From Vulcanimicrobiota bacterium (GTDB lineage: Bacteria > Vulcanimicrobiota > Vulcanimicrobiia > Vulcanimicrobiales > Vulcanimicrobiaceae), in assembly GCA_963786105.1 (NCBI GenBank), contig CAWAXX010000025.1:1-64000 (forward strand): a DNA stretch of 64,000 nt, given 5' to 3'. Below are positions 1-11,901 of the stretch, piece after piece. Positions within the stretch are counted from its first letter, which is position 1. Every line of letters starts with the position of its first letter. The notes below the pieces were generated by a model. That model searched no databases, had not been told where the DNA came from, and saw only the letters and a list, made by a program, of their open reading frames with translations. A program made the translations under genes and the position numbers.

Positions 1-1069
1 CGAAACGGTCGGGGTCTTGGAAGCGCCTCGGATCCCTATTTGGCCTGGCTGGTCAGGTTCAAAGACGCGAACGGCCAGCGGGCACGTCCGCCACACCGGC
101 GATCTCGAGGTGTTGGCGGGCAATGCGGACGCGAAGGTGATCGGTGGTTCGTAGCGTAGGACTTCATCAACAGCGGACGGAGCAGCGAGCGGTCGCTTCG
201 AAGCCGCTCGAGCTGATCGGGATGATCGAGGAGCGTGTAGAGTCCGCTAGCGATCAGGTTCCGCTCGTCTCGTGTCCGGCGAAGATCAGCTGGACGACCA
301 TGGCGACGAGTTCGCCGCTGTCGAGCCGGTCTCCCTCGGCCTGGGACGAGAGCGGTCAACAAGTCGTCGGCCGGGTGCGCGTTGACTCTGGCCAACGAGC
401 CGCTCAAGCACATAGGCGTTGAACGCTTCCATCGGCGTTGTCGGCCGTCGAGAAGATCGCCGCGGCGCTGAGGACAGCGCCTCGGTCCATTCACCCATGC
501 TCTGCTGATCGACAAACGGCACGCCGAGCATCTCGCAGATGACCTCGAGCAGCACCAGGCGGGCAAGACCCGAGGACGATTTCGCCTCCGCCGTGGTCAA
601 GCAGCTCGTCGCAATGCGCAGCGGTCACGGCCGGATGTTGCCGCCCTCACCGGTCGACCGACGGCGTGAAGGCGTGGCTCACCAGTTCGCGGAGACGGTC
701 GTGAGCAGGAGGATCGAGCATGACGATGTTGCGGCGTGTCAATTGATGAAGGCTCCGTCCGACCAGCCCTGGAGCTCGAAGAACCGTGCACCCATTGCAC
801 CGAGGCGGTCGTCGAGCAGCTAACTGCAACAGTCGTCGTAGCGGAGGAACATCGGCGCCTGAAAGTCAGGTACGAACACGGCGCGATCATCTCGATCGAT
901 CAAGGGTCGCATGGTGTCGTGCGGGTGCCGCCACCACTCCTCGTCGAGGCAGAGAGGTGAGAGGGTCTCGAAGTTGATGGCGGTCACCCGCCGAGATGCT
1001 ATCCGGCCAAGCCCCTGATGACGCGGTAGACGTAGCCGTAACGACCCGGTCTGGGTCAAGGGGCTTCAT
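1..1069 (-). CDS. Cytochrome P450, multiply frameshifted, runs off the left edge
   Basis: Stitched frames give MLDPPAHDRLRELVSHAFTP, LEVICEMLGVP, NLIASGLYTLLDHPDQLERLR and DPRRFQDPDRF. The heme Cys motif lies beyond the window. Confidence 0.85.
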
Positions 1070-1720
1070 GGTTGCGGTTCATTCGAGTTGTGGTCGGCGA
1101 ACACCACGGCGTGACCGTGTGTATCGACGATCCTGATGGTCTCGAACTGGAGCCATCTGCTGCTGGTCACCATGTCGGTCGTGCTGGATTGGTGGTGGGG
1201 TCGCACCGACTGACTGGTCGAGCGGTGGCAGCTGCCTGAGGATCTCAGCGTCGACGACGCGTTCGTCGCCGGCCAACAGGAAGGCCTTGGGGACGATCGG
1301 CATAGCAGCCCTCCGCGCTCTTCGAAGGGCAGGAAGATTCGGTCGGGCTGGTCCTGGTCGGGCACGATGCGGACGAACTGGTAGTCCGGTTCGACGAACA
1401 CGGCGGCCGACCGGAGGTGGATCTGATAGGTGGCGCGGCTGCCGCGGACTACGACCAGCCAGGGATAGTCGATCGTGCAGCGCTGGGCGATCGCGGTCGG
1501 CGGCAGGAGCCGGGCGAGACCGTCGCCGGAACCGTACCGCTTGCGCTATCGAAGGACTCTGCCAGTTGATTGGCCACGGGCACGAAGTCTGCGCCGGCTT
1601 GCCCGAGTTCAGCGCGGTCGCCGGGGACACCGGCCACACCCACCAAGAGGCCGATGTCGCCCATGGCCTCGCTGAACGCCAGCGTGGTACGGCTGGTAGC
1701 GGGCGTTGTGGACTGTACTG
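1066..1720 (-). CDS. Hypothetical protein, frameshifted and 5' truncated
   Basis: Coding-like pieces in ORFs 1449..1772 and 1066..1401; stop overlaps the P450 start. Confidence 0.35.
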
Positions 1721-2119
1721 CGCCGACAAGTTGGCAGCGGCGGAGGTGGGGTGGACCTTCGCGACCCAGCAAATCTCCGGCCCAGCACCACTACTTCTAG
1801 TGGAACAACCCGGGATTCGCCGGCGTGAAGGGTTACGAGGATATGGAATTCGTCAAGACGGCCGACGTTGGGCATGCCGACGCGAGGATGGCGAACCACC
1901 GCAACACCCAGGCGATCGGCACCCCGGACGAGATCGTAGACCGCATCAAGTCGGTGCAGTGGGCGGTGAGCCTGGGGATGCTGGTGGTCACGCTTCGACG
2001 GCAACATGCCGTGTGAGAAGGCCGAGCGCAGCCTCCGCCTGTTCGCCGACAAGGTCTTGCCGGCGGTGCAGGCCATGGACACGCCCATCAATCCGGAATC
2101 GGTGCCGACCGCCGGGTGA
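1710..2119 (+). pseudogene. C-terminal fragment of a luciferase-like (LLM) flavin monooxygenase
   Basis: IGTPDEIVDRIK and GNMPCEKAERSLRLFADKVLPAV, a typical LLM C-terminus; N-terminus absent. Confidence 0.7.
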
Positions 2120-2443
2120 GCGCCTTCGCTCGGCTTACCGCTCCCAGACGTACGAGGCGTGGTGCCCAGTGAGGCGCGATCATCGCCAGTCGAAGCGCTC
2201 TGGTGTTCCCCAGCGACACCAGCGGTGCCAGGCCGGAGGTTCGATCATGGCGAGCGGTCCGTACCCGTGGACAATGGCGACGACCGGGGGCGACGCCTGG
2301 ACCTCACCAGATGAGCGTCGGCTGTCCTTTCGATGTCGAGAGCGACGGCCGGCCTACCTCACCGCCGTGGTGGTCGGCTGAGAACGCGAACAATTGCAGA
2401 TGGTTTCAACCGGTCTGTGGCATAACGATGGCATACTGGTGCC

Positions 2444-2673
2444 ATGACTCGAGTTCGTGTGAGCACTACGGTCGATGAACAGCTCCTTGCCAGCGCTCGG
2501 CACCTGCGCCGGGCAGGCCAGACTCCGCCCTGATCGACGAGGCGCTCGAAGCGCTGCTCGCTCACAACCGTGCCGCCGAACTTGATGCCGCTTACTCCGC
2601 CTACGACGAGCACCCCCTGGCCGAGGCCGACGAGTGGGACTGGGATCGTTCCGGGAAGGCGCCGCCGTCGTGA
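2444..2673 (+). CDS. Type II antitoxin, MazE5-like (frameshifted)
   Basis: [19 protein letters not shown]...[36 protein letters not shown] overlap with the downstream toxin. Confidence 0.7.
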
Positions 2674-2997
2674 GTGTCATACCCGGGCGAGGGAAGGGTG
2701 CGGTGGTGCGAGCTATCGGACATCGGCCGGCGTCCGGTCGCGGTCCGTTGTGCCACGCCGCCATCGCCATTGGCGATGTGGTCTTGGGTCGCGGCGAACA
2801 CGACGACCATCAGGGGATTGGCCAGCGGTTGCTCGACCCCGGCGAGGATCCGATTCCGAGAACTCTGCGGTGAACCTCGACTCGGTCGAGAGCGTCTCGC
2901 TCGGCGTGCTCGTCGAACGGCTCGGTCGCCTGGCCGATCTCCGACTGGTCGAACATCGGCGCGGGCTTCGGCAGTTGCCGTTGATCTCGCTAGCTGA
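2670..2997 (+). CDS. PemK/MazF-family toxin (frameshifted)
   Basis: [54 protein letters not shown]. Confidence 0.8.
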
Positions 2998-4538
2998 GTT
3001 CGCCACGTCGGTGTCGAACCGGGTTATTCATCATTGGTTGCGGTAGCGGTTGGTCAGCCAGTCTTCCGCCACAAAACCGGCGTTACCTGTTCGGACCTTG
3101 CAGGTCGAGGTCGAGTCGATCGACCGTGCGAATTAACGTGATCGGCCTACGTTGCAGTTCGTTGACGCGCGATACGGCTGCACTTGGCCGTGCTGTCGAG
3201 ATGGCCGTCGGATCCTCTGGCCTAGGTGTTCACCCCAGCTTCGGCGGTACCAGGCGATGATTACCGTATGCAGGGACGAAGTCGACATCCTTCACAACCG
3301 AAGCCTGTGCGCTGCACAACGACCATATCAGCAACACACCGTCCACATCCGCCACGCACTGTTCATCGAGCCCTGGGCCCCGCCGATTACCTGGCCGACG
3401 CCCTCGCCCGGTCGATCCCGACTCAGGCGCCGCCCGAGATGGACCTCCTGCTGGCTGACCCAGATCGCCGTTCGCCGTATCACCGACGCATGGAAGACCT
3501 ACTTCGAACAGACGACGGCACAGGAATCCCCCAAGCCATTGGTGGCTGATTAGCGGTCAGCCTTGCCGAATGCAAGAAGCGGGAGGAAGTGCAAGCCAAA
3601 ACTTTGGCCATCACCCTGAACTCGTCAAACATGAGCGCCTACCAGATGCAGGGCCAGATCAACGAGCTGAATTGCGCTGACCCGCCTCTGGAGCCAGCGG
3701 CTCGCGGCCAACGCTCTCCTCTACGCTGGCCTACCTGCTGTTCCCCAGCGGCTCGAAGCCCTCATCACCCACCTCGAGTCGCAGATCCGGAATGTTCAGA
3801 CAGTTGCATGAGCAAGCAGGCCTTCGAGGCGTCGATGGGGTGGCGTTTCCCGTACAGCTGAGGCTGCTGTGACAGAAGGGCCTGCGCCTGCCGGACCAGC
3901 GTCCGATCGGGTCACGCTTCCATGTGCACGCTTCGGGATGCACATCGCCATGCAGGATTGGCAGATACTGCTTGGTACGGTGAAATCCGGGCCGGCTCGC
4001 TGACCGGCCTGATGGCCGACTAAGCACGGTTCGATAGGGGGCCGCTGGCAAAACGGAACAACGCTGCGGGGGCTGCTCGTCCCGGTCGATGTGCTCGACA
4101 ACGCCACCGCCATGGCCGGTCGGGACCTCAACCACCGCGGCGTCGCCGAGCCAGCGGCCCACCTCACCGTCCTGAGCGGGCCACGACGGTGAACGTTCTG
4201 AGGCGAGTTCTGGATTGCTGGGCGTCTGCGGGCCAGCGCTCCGACCCCGTCGTTCGGCGTGAACTGTTGCCGAGTTGGCCGGTATTCGGCATGAACGTCT
4301 GTTCGCGCACTGTCCCGTACGGCACGTCTTGGGGAATGCTTTGGAGGTCGACTGGCGCGCTTGATCGGGCACACCTGCGATTGATCCGGTTGGCCTTTAT
4401 ACGGCACGAGCAGCCCGAGGGAGGTGGGAGGGCGGCGATGAGCCCGATGCGCCTTTCATGTCGAATAGTTACCAAGAAATCGACACCCTCCGAACGGACG
4501 ACGCCGCGAGTGTGCCAGTGAATGGTGTTGATGGACGG

Positions 4539-5973
4539 TTAGGCCACCGGCTCACATCCGTGCCCGCTCGCCGGGCGAGGCGTACGCCGCGAACGTATCC
4601 CAGCTTGGCCAGTGCGGGGGACAAGCGCCGTCAAGAAACGGCGCTGCAGGTCGGCCACCGCCGCCTTGTCGGGGAACTGAACGAGACCCTGCACGAGATT
4701 TAGGCGCGAGGCCTCCACCCACGCCAGGACATCGGGGGTGTTCTGCCACTCCAGTTCGGTCCTCATTCCGGTCAGTACGTGCCGCACCCAGTCGAAGGCG
4801 CGTGGGGGCCATGGGTTCGGTCGACAGAGGCGGTTCTTCTCGGCCGTCGATCGTCCTGATGCTTCGACGAAGGCGATCAGGGCGGTGGAGAGGCTCAGGC
4901 TGACGTGTGTGACCGGTTGAAGGATGACCTCGTCGTCGCGAAGATCAACTTCGGTGGGTTGTCGCTGAGCGGCCGACGTGCAGCGGATGTGCAAGTGATC
5001 GGGGCTAGTCGGGATGGATCCTTGCTCAGGGTGATCTCATCCAGGTCGATGCGCTCAACGTGTCCGAGTCTGACCACATTCTCGATGCGTCGAAGCTGCT
5101 CGAGTTCGCCAAGACTCGCGGTGGCGCCTTTCAACATCGACGGCGGGATGGACTGGTCGATGCGCACCATCACCTGATGCTCCTCGAGTTGCTCGTAGAC
5201 CTGATCCATCGAGTCGCATTCGGCGATGGCTTCGAGCTCCAGCACGACCCCCTCGAAGGTGAAGTAGGGCGCCCCTGCCCGGCTGGAAGAACGCCCGGTT
5301 CAGGATCCAGGAGTCGCGCAGGCACGGATCCAGGTGATGTCGTGGGGAGGAGTTCCTCGATCCAGCAACCAGCACCCGGCGTCCATCGCAGTTCTTACCG
5401 CCGCCGACGATCACGTAGCCCATGGGGCCTGGGTGACGCTGGCGAGCGCACCAACCGGGACGTAGGTCACCCTGTCGGCGACTTCGAACGGCGGCGGGTC
5501 GGTTGCCGGAAACGCGAGACGCCATGTAGGTGGCATCGACGACACGGCGACGCACCGACACGGCCGTTTCGACGCCTGGTCACTCTGGATTGGAAGCGCT
5601 GATCGCCGAGGTAGTCGCACATTGGGAAGAACCGCACCTCTACCCAGGCCAGAAATCGGTGACGCATGACCTCGTCGTAGTAGCCGGTACATCTTGGTTC
5701 CACCGGCTCGCTCATAAAGACCTGCATCTCGTCCGGACGATCCTCACTTGGTCCCGTCCGGAGCGGGGTCGAGTTCACGCCGTATTTCATGGACGGCTGG
5801 CTACTGAACGAAGGGATACGAGTCGAGCCAATGCCCACCTGGCCGGTGCCGCCGATCGACCATCTCGCGATCTCGGCGTCGGAGAACTCAATCAGGCTGT
5901 CGACAAACCCCATTCCGAGCGCCCCTGGCGCCGATCACAAGGTAGTCGGTCTCCACCTCCGTACCCCCACTCA
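4539..5973 (-). CDS. FAD/NAD(P)-binding oxidoreductase (frameshifted)
   Basis: Rossmann motif IGAGALGMGFVDSL, then PGGHWLDSYPFVQ, RRRVVDATYM and YVIVGGGK. Confidence 0.75.
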
Positions 5974-6666
5974 TGGCGTGGGAAGCTTAGCCCCACAGCC
6001 GGCTAAACAGGTTCCTCGCGGTCGACGAACCGACGAGAACCTCTGCCACACCAACCTGACTAACTGTCCCAGGGGCATCTGCATCTGCGCTTGGGAAGGC
6101 GGACCATCTCTATCGACATGGTCCAAGGGCTCATAGTCATCCTGAACTCGCTGGCCTCACTGTCGTCGGCATCATGATCAAGGACTTCACGAACGCAAGG
6201 AGCAACGAGCACGTGCCGGATCATTGGAATTCATCACGATCTCTCTAATGGGGGGTACACCCTCGGCCGGGTGAGCTCGGTGGTCGAAGGTAACGACGTC
6301 GACAGTGGCCGTGGTCGTCCTTTGCCGGCTCTGTCTGGATGGCGGCGTTGACCGCTCGGCCGCCCCCAGCGCAACATGCAACCATTTGGTCATCGTTGAT
6401 CTCTTGGATCTCTCCCAGACCGCGACCCCGTGGACGGCACCAAAAGCATGACGAAAGACCGGGCCGAACGGGTCCACCAGGGCGACAGCTACGACATCGT
6501 GGTGGACACTACCGACACCGCGCAACAGCACAGTATGCTGGTCGATTGCTCCGACGCTGCAGGGCTCACACTCAGCTCTCCGGGCGTGGGCCGCTCATTC
6601 TCACGTCTCTGGCCACCATCCTGACAGAGCGGCGATCACTATCAGGATCAGTGCCAGCACGGTCAA

Positions 6667-6993
6667 CCTGATTCCTATGTGCATGCGCGAGTTGAACGAC
6701 TTCGGCTCTCCGCTCGCCGTGATCGATCGCGTCCACCGGGTATGCCACCTGGCTGACGGTGAAGATCGCCATACAGGCCACCGTCAGGGCGGCGATGGCC
6801 ATATATTGCTGCGAGCACTTGAACCCAGCGTGGGGTCGACGTGGAGGTGCTGACGCAAGACGCCGCAGATACCCATGAAGCCCAGGACAGCCAGTTGGAT
6901 CGTGTGCCAGCCTTGAGCCGAGGCGGAGAGCCGCTGCATCGCGTCGCCAGGACCGGCTGGTCCATTGTTGGGGGTGGACTCATCGGAGGGCAT
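6667..6993 (-). CDS. Small hypothetical membrane protein (frameshifted)
   Basis: MQRLSASAQGWHTIQLAVLGFMGICGVL joined to MAIAALTVACMAIFTV. Confidence 0.45.
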
Positions 6994-7399
6994 GGGCGAT
7001 CCTATCCCGTGGGTTCGGTTCTGGAGTGATACCCCTCAAGCAGTTTCTCGGGAGCCACTATGTGAGTCAGGCGGCGTGCCGTCGTCTTCATGGCATCTGG
7101 TTTAGGGCTATCGGCTGAAGCTCGCCATGACCAGCATAGGGCCAGGACCACCACGGCGTTCGCTTACGTAGCTATCCGCACTGCGCCAGACCCCGAGCCC
7201 CAACTAGCGCCTCGCACTGTCCTCGGGCGCCGCCGGTGCTGGTCAGTAGCCCTTGACCTTGATCACGGTCTTGACTGCATCGGCAGGAACGCCCGCCCCG
7301 CCCTCTACGCACCAAACGGCGCCCAGTGTTTGACTCGTTCGAGAACATTGCGGACATTTTCGAGGCCAGTCGCTGACAGCCGGATCCGATGCTCTAGTT

Positions 7400-7890
7400 G
7401 AGCCTGACGGCCGGACGTGTTTGTGCTCGGGGATCGCGTCGATCGGGCTGTGCCTTGGATCGTGAGGGCGAAGTCGGCGCCGAACGCAGCGGCGGGACAT
7501 CGTGCCGAGCACAGGTCGGACAGGGCTTCTTCCACGGCGCGGATGCTGGCGGCGGTGGTAAAGGCGTACGACTCTCCGGTTTGTAGCCAGGCTTCCTGCA
7601 GCGGCGCCGCTCGGAGCGTGGCGTGGACCACCCGAATCACGGCAGCCTGGCAGTTCGGTTGTCGGCCTCGAGTCTTGGGGGTTGACGGCGTCGGGGTCGG
7701 GCACCGCGGACAAGGCCACGATGTTGGGGGTGGCGGTGGCCTGGAACGCTGCTTCTAGGTCACCTGTGGGAAGGGCATCACGTGACAGGACCAGTCAGCA
7801 GGGTTTATGGTTGTGGCCTCCTGAAGCCAGCGGGTTGGGAGGGAGTTGGCCTGCTTGGCGTGTCCAGCCTCCGTAGGGGATATCTATAAG
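7400..7890 (-). pseudogene. C-terminal part of a saccharopine dehydrogenase-like oxidoreductase, 5' truncated at ~7890
   Basis: GDLEAAFQATATPNI, AWLQTGESYAFTTAASIRAVE and AAAFGADFALTIQGT. Confidence 0.65.
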
Positions 7891-8447
7891 ATAGAAGGTG
7901 CCCGAACGCTCGCCCTCGACTCCCTGGACAATCTTTACGTCAGTACTGCTGCGAACACTGTGAATGTCTACTCTCCGGGTAGCAAGACCTCAATACGAAC
8001 CATTACAGATGGTATCGATCAGCCGGGTTCCTTAGACTTTGACAGTGCTGGAAACCTATATGTCGCAAATGGCCGGCCTAACTGCGGCGCCATAACAGTC
8101 TACTCTCCGGGGAGTAACTCGGTTCTCCGCACGATTTCTCAAGGCGTGTGTGGGCCCGCCGCACTGGTCTTTGATAGCAGCGGATACCTGTATGTCGCCA
8201 ATGCGGGGCAAACGGGGTCATCAGGTAATAGCGATAGATTTACGCCCCCGGGAGTGGCACCGTCTCGCGCACGATCACCCAAGGGCTAAGCCTCCCAGAA
8301 GCCCTCGTTTTCGATCGGTCTGGAAATCTGTACGTAGCGAACAACACGGGTGCTAACATCACAATCTACGCCCCAGGAGCCACATCAGTATCGCAAACGA
8401 TCCGCAAAGGCGTCAGCTATCCCACATCGCTCGTTATCGGGACATAA
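7891..8447 (+). CDS. NHL-repeat/beta-propeller protein, 5' truncated, frameshift near 8235
   Basis: Repeats of P.xL.FDSxGNLYVAN...ITVYxPG...RTIxxG. Confidence 0.8.
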
Positions 8448-8541
8448 CACTAAAGCAAAGCGACTGTCTTCCACGTGGTAGAACAATTAGCGCTCCATAT
8501 ATAATCCTTGCAACGGACGGAGCCGAGAACACCCCAGCCAT

Positions 8542-8614
8542 CCCGCAGCCACGCCGCCGATCGTGGCGCCATTGCACCTGCGAGCGTCTCGCATACCGGA
8601 AGCCTAACCGCAGC
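8542..8614 (+). repeat. Repeat A copy 1
   Basis: cccgcagccacgccgccgatcgtggcgccattgcacctgcgagcgtctcgcataccggaagcctaaccgcagc. Confidence 0.9.
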
Positions 8615-8696
8615 CTGCTCGCGCATTCGCGCAGGGGCTCGCGTCCCGCATCCACGGCATTGGGAGGCGTTCCGCGATCTGGTCGAAGACAACTAA
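8609..8696 (+). pseudogene. Remnant B1: 3' end of the HTH (Cas1-like) gene
   Basis: AACSRIRAGARVPHPRHWEAFRDLVEDN*. Confidence 0.85.
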
Positions 8697-8785
8697 GCCT
8701 TAAGCGATGACAGAAGGTCGCTCCAAATCGTGCGGTTTTAACGGCTGAAGCGGAACTTCGCTACGGCTCGTCTCACTATTAAGCA

Positions 8786-9766
8786 ATGACAAGTTGCCAG
8801 CGCGGCGCCTTTTTGACTCTGGCGGCTGCCTTTACGATCGTGAGTTTCGTGCCGATGCCTGCAAAGGCTCAAGCCGAGGCTGCTCCCCCGATAAGCGTCT
8901 CTGTTCAAGGGCAACCCATCACAATGGAAGACATTGGCGCCTTCACGCGCGGCATGTACTCGAAAGATGCACTACCGATCGAGTACGTTAAAAAGATCCC
9001 GAATGAAATGCCTCACGATGCGCCTTACGTTTCCTACCAAGGCCGAAACGGATCTCCGCCCAAGGAAATCATCTGGGTGGCGATGCCCGTCCAGAGTTCT
9101 AGCCAAATGGAGTCAACATCCGCCCAAAGTTCGGATCAATTGAGTTGGATACACGATAAGGAAATGGAAGCCTACGTCGCCGCCGTGGCTCTTGCGCTAA
9201 TGGATGCAGGGAGAGCAGGCGACGTGCTACAGGCCGTGTATGCGAAGACCCCTCCCAGTCGCGTTGCGCGCCTGGATCTTGGAATCTCGGTTGCCCGCGC
9301 GTTTGCAGCAGCGAGCGACCAGATTGCTGCCAAAGCTGCGTCTCAGGCCGATTGGATAAAGACACGCCTTGTCGCAGGTGTGAAGCGCGAAGCGGCCTAT
9401 GCGTTACTTAAGCCTCAGGGCTTCGTTGCCTATAACATGGCGTACGTCAAGGTTAAAGCGGAGGCAACCGAAAACCCGAGCCCCGGAACCACTTTTGTAC
9501 GCTGCGATAATACTACCGATCGCGCAAGTGCTAACTGGCCGTACAGAAACGAACCACTACCCAAAGTAGAGGAAGGTTCGTGCGCGGATCTTCAGCGGCT
9601 CATGAGTGGCACGTTCACGCCGGAACCAGACGCACATGTCGTCCTCGACGGTGCCTTCAGCGTTATACCCACGTGCGGGTGTCATACTGAAATCACGATC
9701 ACGTTTGACAGTGACGATCGCGTCAGTAGCGTCAAGATCGATAAGCCGCGATGCCCCTGCGTTTGA
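8786..9766 (+). CDS. Secreted hypothetical protein (cargo)
   Basis: 326 aa ORF, signal-peptide-like N-terminus ending AKAQA, Cys-rich tail. Confidence 0.75.
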   Translation: MTSCQRGAFLTLAAAFTIVSFVPMPAKAQAEAAPPISVSVQGQPITMEDIGAFTRGMYSKDALPIEYVKKIPNEMPHDAPYVSYQGRNGSPPKEIIWVAMPVQSSSQMESTSAQSSDQLSWIHDKEMEAYVAAVALALMDAGRAGDVLQAVYAKTPPSRVARLDLGISVARAFAAASDQIAAKAASQADWIKTRLVAGVKREAAYALLKPQGFVAYNMAYVKVKAEATENPSPGTTFVRCDNTTDRASANWPYRNEPLPKVEEGSCADLQRLMSGTFTPEPDAHVVLDGAFSVIPTCGCHTEITITFDSDDRVSSVKIDKPRCPCV

Positions 9767-9786
9767 GCACCGCTTAGGGAACACGA

Positions 9787-10320
9787 ATGATGAAGCCGAC
9801 TGCTTCCGACAATCACAAAGGATGGCAATGGAAGCGCGGTTGGATCGCGTTTGCGATCTATGTCCTGGGTGTCGAAGGGTTGATTGCTGGCGGAAGTCGG
9901 TCATGTATGCCGTCGTTCGATCTTGGTATTCTACTTGGGCAACTGCTGCTGCTTAACGTATTAGGCTCGCCGATATTGTCGGGCGTCTTGGGCGGCTCCG
10001 CGTTTGTCGTCGCCGCCTCTCCTCAGCCAATCAGTAGGCGGCAGAAATGGCCGAGGCTTATATTCCTGGCAATAGGTCTCATCGCCGTCATACTGGCAAT
10101 CGGCTTTAGGTTTGCCACGGGCACAATCGCGGTGGCGATTGGGTTCCTGGGATCCGCAGTACTCGTTGGTGTTTTAGTGAGAAGGATTGGAGTGGATTCG
10201 ACGATTCTGGCTTCCCATCGGCATCGTCATCGCGGTCGCCGTAGGTTCGTTGGCTTGGGCATTTGGACACTACGGGCAGAACAACTGCTGGCCATGAGGC
10301 AGCTCGATTCCGGACGCAGC
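9787..10320 (+). CDS. Hypothetical membrane protein (cargo); likely frameshift near 10200
   Basis: Several hydrophobic segments; the called ORF reads into repeat A. Confidence 0.55.
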
Positions 10321-10322
10321 CG

Positions 10323-10366
10323 CCCCGCAGCCACGCCACCGATCGCGGCGCCATTTCAGCTGCGAG
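10323..10366 (+). repeat. Repeat A copy 2 (short)
   Basis: ccccgcagccacgccaccgatcgcggcgccatttcagctgcgag. Confidence 0.9.
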
Positions 10367-10442
10367 GGGAGGGCCCGACCCGCGAAACTAAGAGGCAATA
10401 ACGCGAGCGAAAGCCGCACTCTCTAGAAGGAAGGGGGTTAAC

Positions 10443-10817
10443 GTGCTCTTTTTCAATCTTCCAGTTGTTGCTCAGGCCTCATCCCCACTGCCGTCCGTCA
10501 CCGCACCGACCAGCCAACCGCTGACCATTTCCTGGCCGACGCATATCGACATCTCCGCAGGATCGGCTGCAAACTTTGAACGATTCAACCATGGTTCTGG
10601 TTCGATGCTCGTGACGGTCAAGTGTGATGGTAGTAAGAGCCCAATGATACCGCCGACCCAAGACATCGATGGCGATCTCAGATCTGCGCTGATGAAATTC
10701 CTGTCAGAAGCGAAGGTCACCGTGGGCGCATCATGCCACGATCAAAACTTTTTGGTGCAATTTGAAGTCCCGAGCGGGAACATGACGGAAACCGAACTGC
10801 CAACTCCCCCTGGCTAA
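10443..10817 (+). CDS. Small, probably secreted hypothetical protein (cargo)
   Basis: 124 aa ORF; purine-rich ggaagggg upstream of the GTG. Confidence 0.6.
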   Translation: MLFFNLPVVAQASSPLPSVTAPTSQPLTISWPTHIDISAGSAANFERFNHGSGSMLVTVKCDGSKSPMIPPTQDIDGDLRSALMKFLSEAKVTVGASCHDQNFLVQFEVPSGNMTETELPTPPG

Positions 10818-10839
10818 GCCCGCGTTCCGTTAACCACCC

Positions 10840-10998
10840 CGCGAAATCGTGCCGAAGCTCGATGCGTTCTCGCTAAGCGAAATAGCCGAGGCTACTGGAC
10901 TTTCGCTCGCGGCCTGCTCGCGCTTTCGCGCTGGAACGCGTGTCCCGCATCCGAGGCATTGGGAGGCGATTGAGGAGTTAGTTGCGAGCTTAGGCTAG
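10840..10998 (+). pseudogene. Remnant B2: 3' end of the HTH (Cas1-like) gene, absent from the ORF track
   Basis: Manual translation: REIVPKLDAFSLSEIAEATGLSLAACSRFRAGTRVPHPRHWEAIEELVASLG*. Confidence 0.85.
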
Positions 10999-11001
10999 CC
11001 G

Positions 11002-11640
11002 CTAAGCTTCTAAAACTCCCATAAAGAATACGGACCCGAGTGGCCTCCTCACTTTGGAAACGAGAAGCATTGGCAGGTTAACGACGCGACTGATTTCTTC
11101 GGCGAGAGTTACGACTGCACCAAACTCTGCTTCGTCCTCAGCCTTACATTTTATGGCGATCGCATCGTAGCCACTTCTCTTTAACGCTTCCGCCAAAAGC
11201 GGAACTGACGCAGGTTCTTTGACTTCAGTCCTATCCCAAGCGTCGCCAGGCGCTACGACCGCGATGAGCGTGGTGCGGCTCTTATCGACATGTGGCTGCC
11301 ACTCTAGCAGCGGTAGCAACCCGTGGGTGACACCAGCTACGGTTCCAAGATCGTCATTTAGGTCGCTAAAATCACCGAGTACGATTGGCGCGTAAGCAAA
11401 CTCGAACTCTACAGGGCGATCCTCAGGTCGATCAAAATTCTCCGCTGGTTGCCACACCGCGATCTGCACGCCCGTGGGCAGATTGGCTTGTAGCAATGCC
11501 GCTTGATCCATCGTAAGGTTTCTAATCGCGACAAAGCAGCTAGGGTTTGCGCTAAGCAACGCGGGGAGATCAAGAAACGGTGGAACGCTACTGGCGAAAA
11601 TCGCCATCTTTCCCTGCCAACTTGAATTCAGGCTCTGCAC
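11002..11640 (-). CDS. Hypothetical protein (cargo, opposite orientation)
   Basis: 212 aa ORF filling the space between B2 and repeat A3. Confidence 0.65.
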   Translation of the reverse strand: MQSLNSSWQGKMAIFASSVPPFLDLPALLSANPSCFVAIRNLTMDQAALLQANLPTGVQIAVWQPAENFDRPEDRPVEFEFAYAPIVLGDFSDLNDDLGTVAGVTHGLLPLLEWQPHVDKSRTTLIAVVAPGDAWDRTEVKEPASVPLLAEALKRSGYDAIAIKCKAEDEAEFGAVVTLAEEISRVVNLPMLLVSKVRRPLGSVFFMGVLEA

Positions 11641-11679
11641 GGGAATTGCGGTTCTGCTTTACGGCTCGACTAGCCTATG

Positions 11680-11755
11680 CCTCGCAGCCACGCCGCCGAT
11701 CGTAGCGCTATTGCAGACTGCGAGCGCCTCGCAGCATGGAAGCCTAGCTCGCAGC
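11680..11755 (+). repeat. Repeat A copy 3
   Basis: cctcgcagccacgccgccgatcgtagcgctattgcagactgcgagcgcctcgcagcatggaagcctagctcgcagc. Confidence 0.9.
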
Positions 11756-11820
11756 AGCAGTCCGAGTGAGCGCGGCAGGGGTGCTCTGTCATGGCGCCTC
11801 AGCGGCAACGCAAGCTCTGC

Positions 11821-11890
11821 CGCGCGATGGAACTTGGCACCGCTCGTGGAACGGAGCCTAGACCGCGCTTCGTTGCGCGAGATACAAGGG
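11821..11890 (+). repeat. Block C copy 1
   Basis: cgcgcgatgga...gctcgtggaacggagcctagaccgcgcttcgttgcgcgagatacaaggg; similar to 19023-19090. Confidence 0.8.
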
Positions 11891-11901
11891 ATTCACCTTA
11901 G

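Noticed and set aside
3050..4530. Short overlapping ORFs
   Set aside because: No recognisable motifs; error density is too high to call genes.
6187..6624. Possible chloramphenicol-phosphotransferase-like fragment (VHQGDSYDIVVDTT)
   Set aside because: Only a short motif; no P-loop could be reconstructed.
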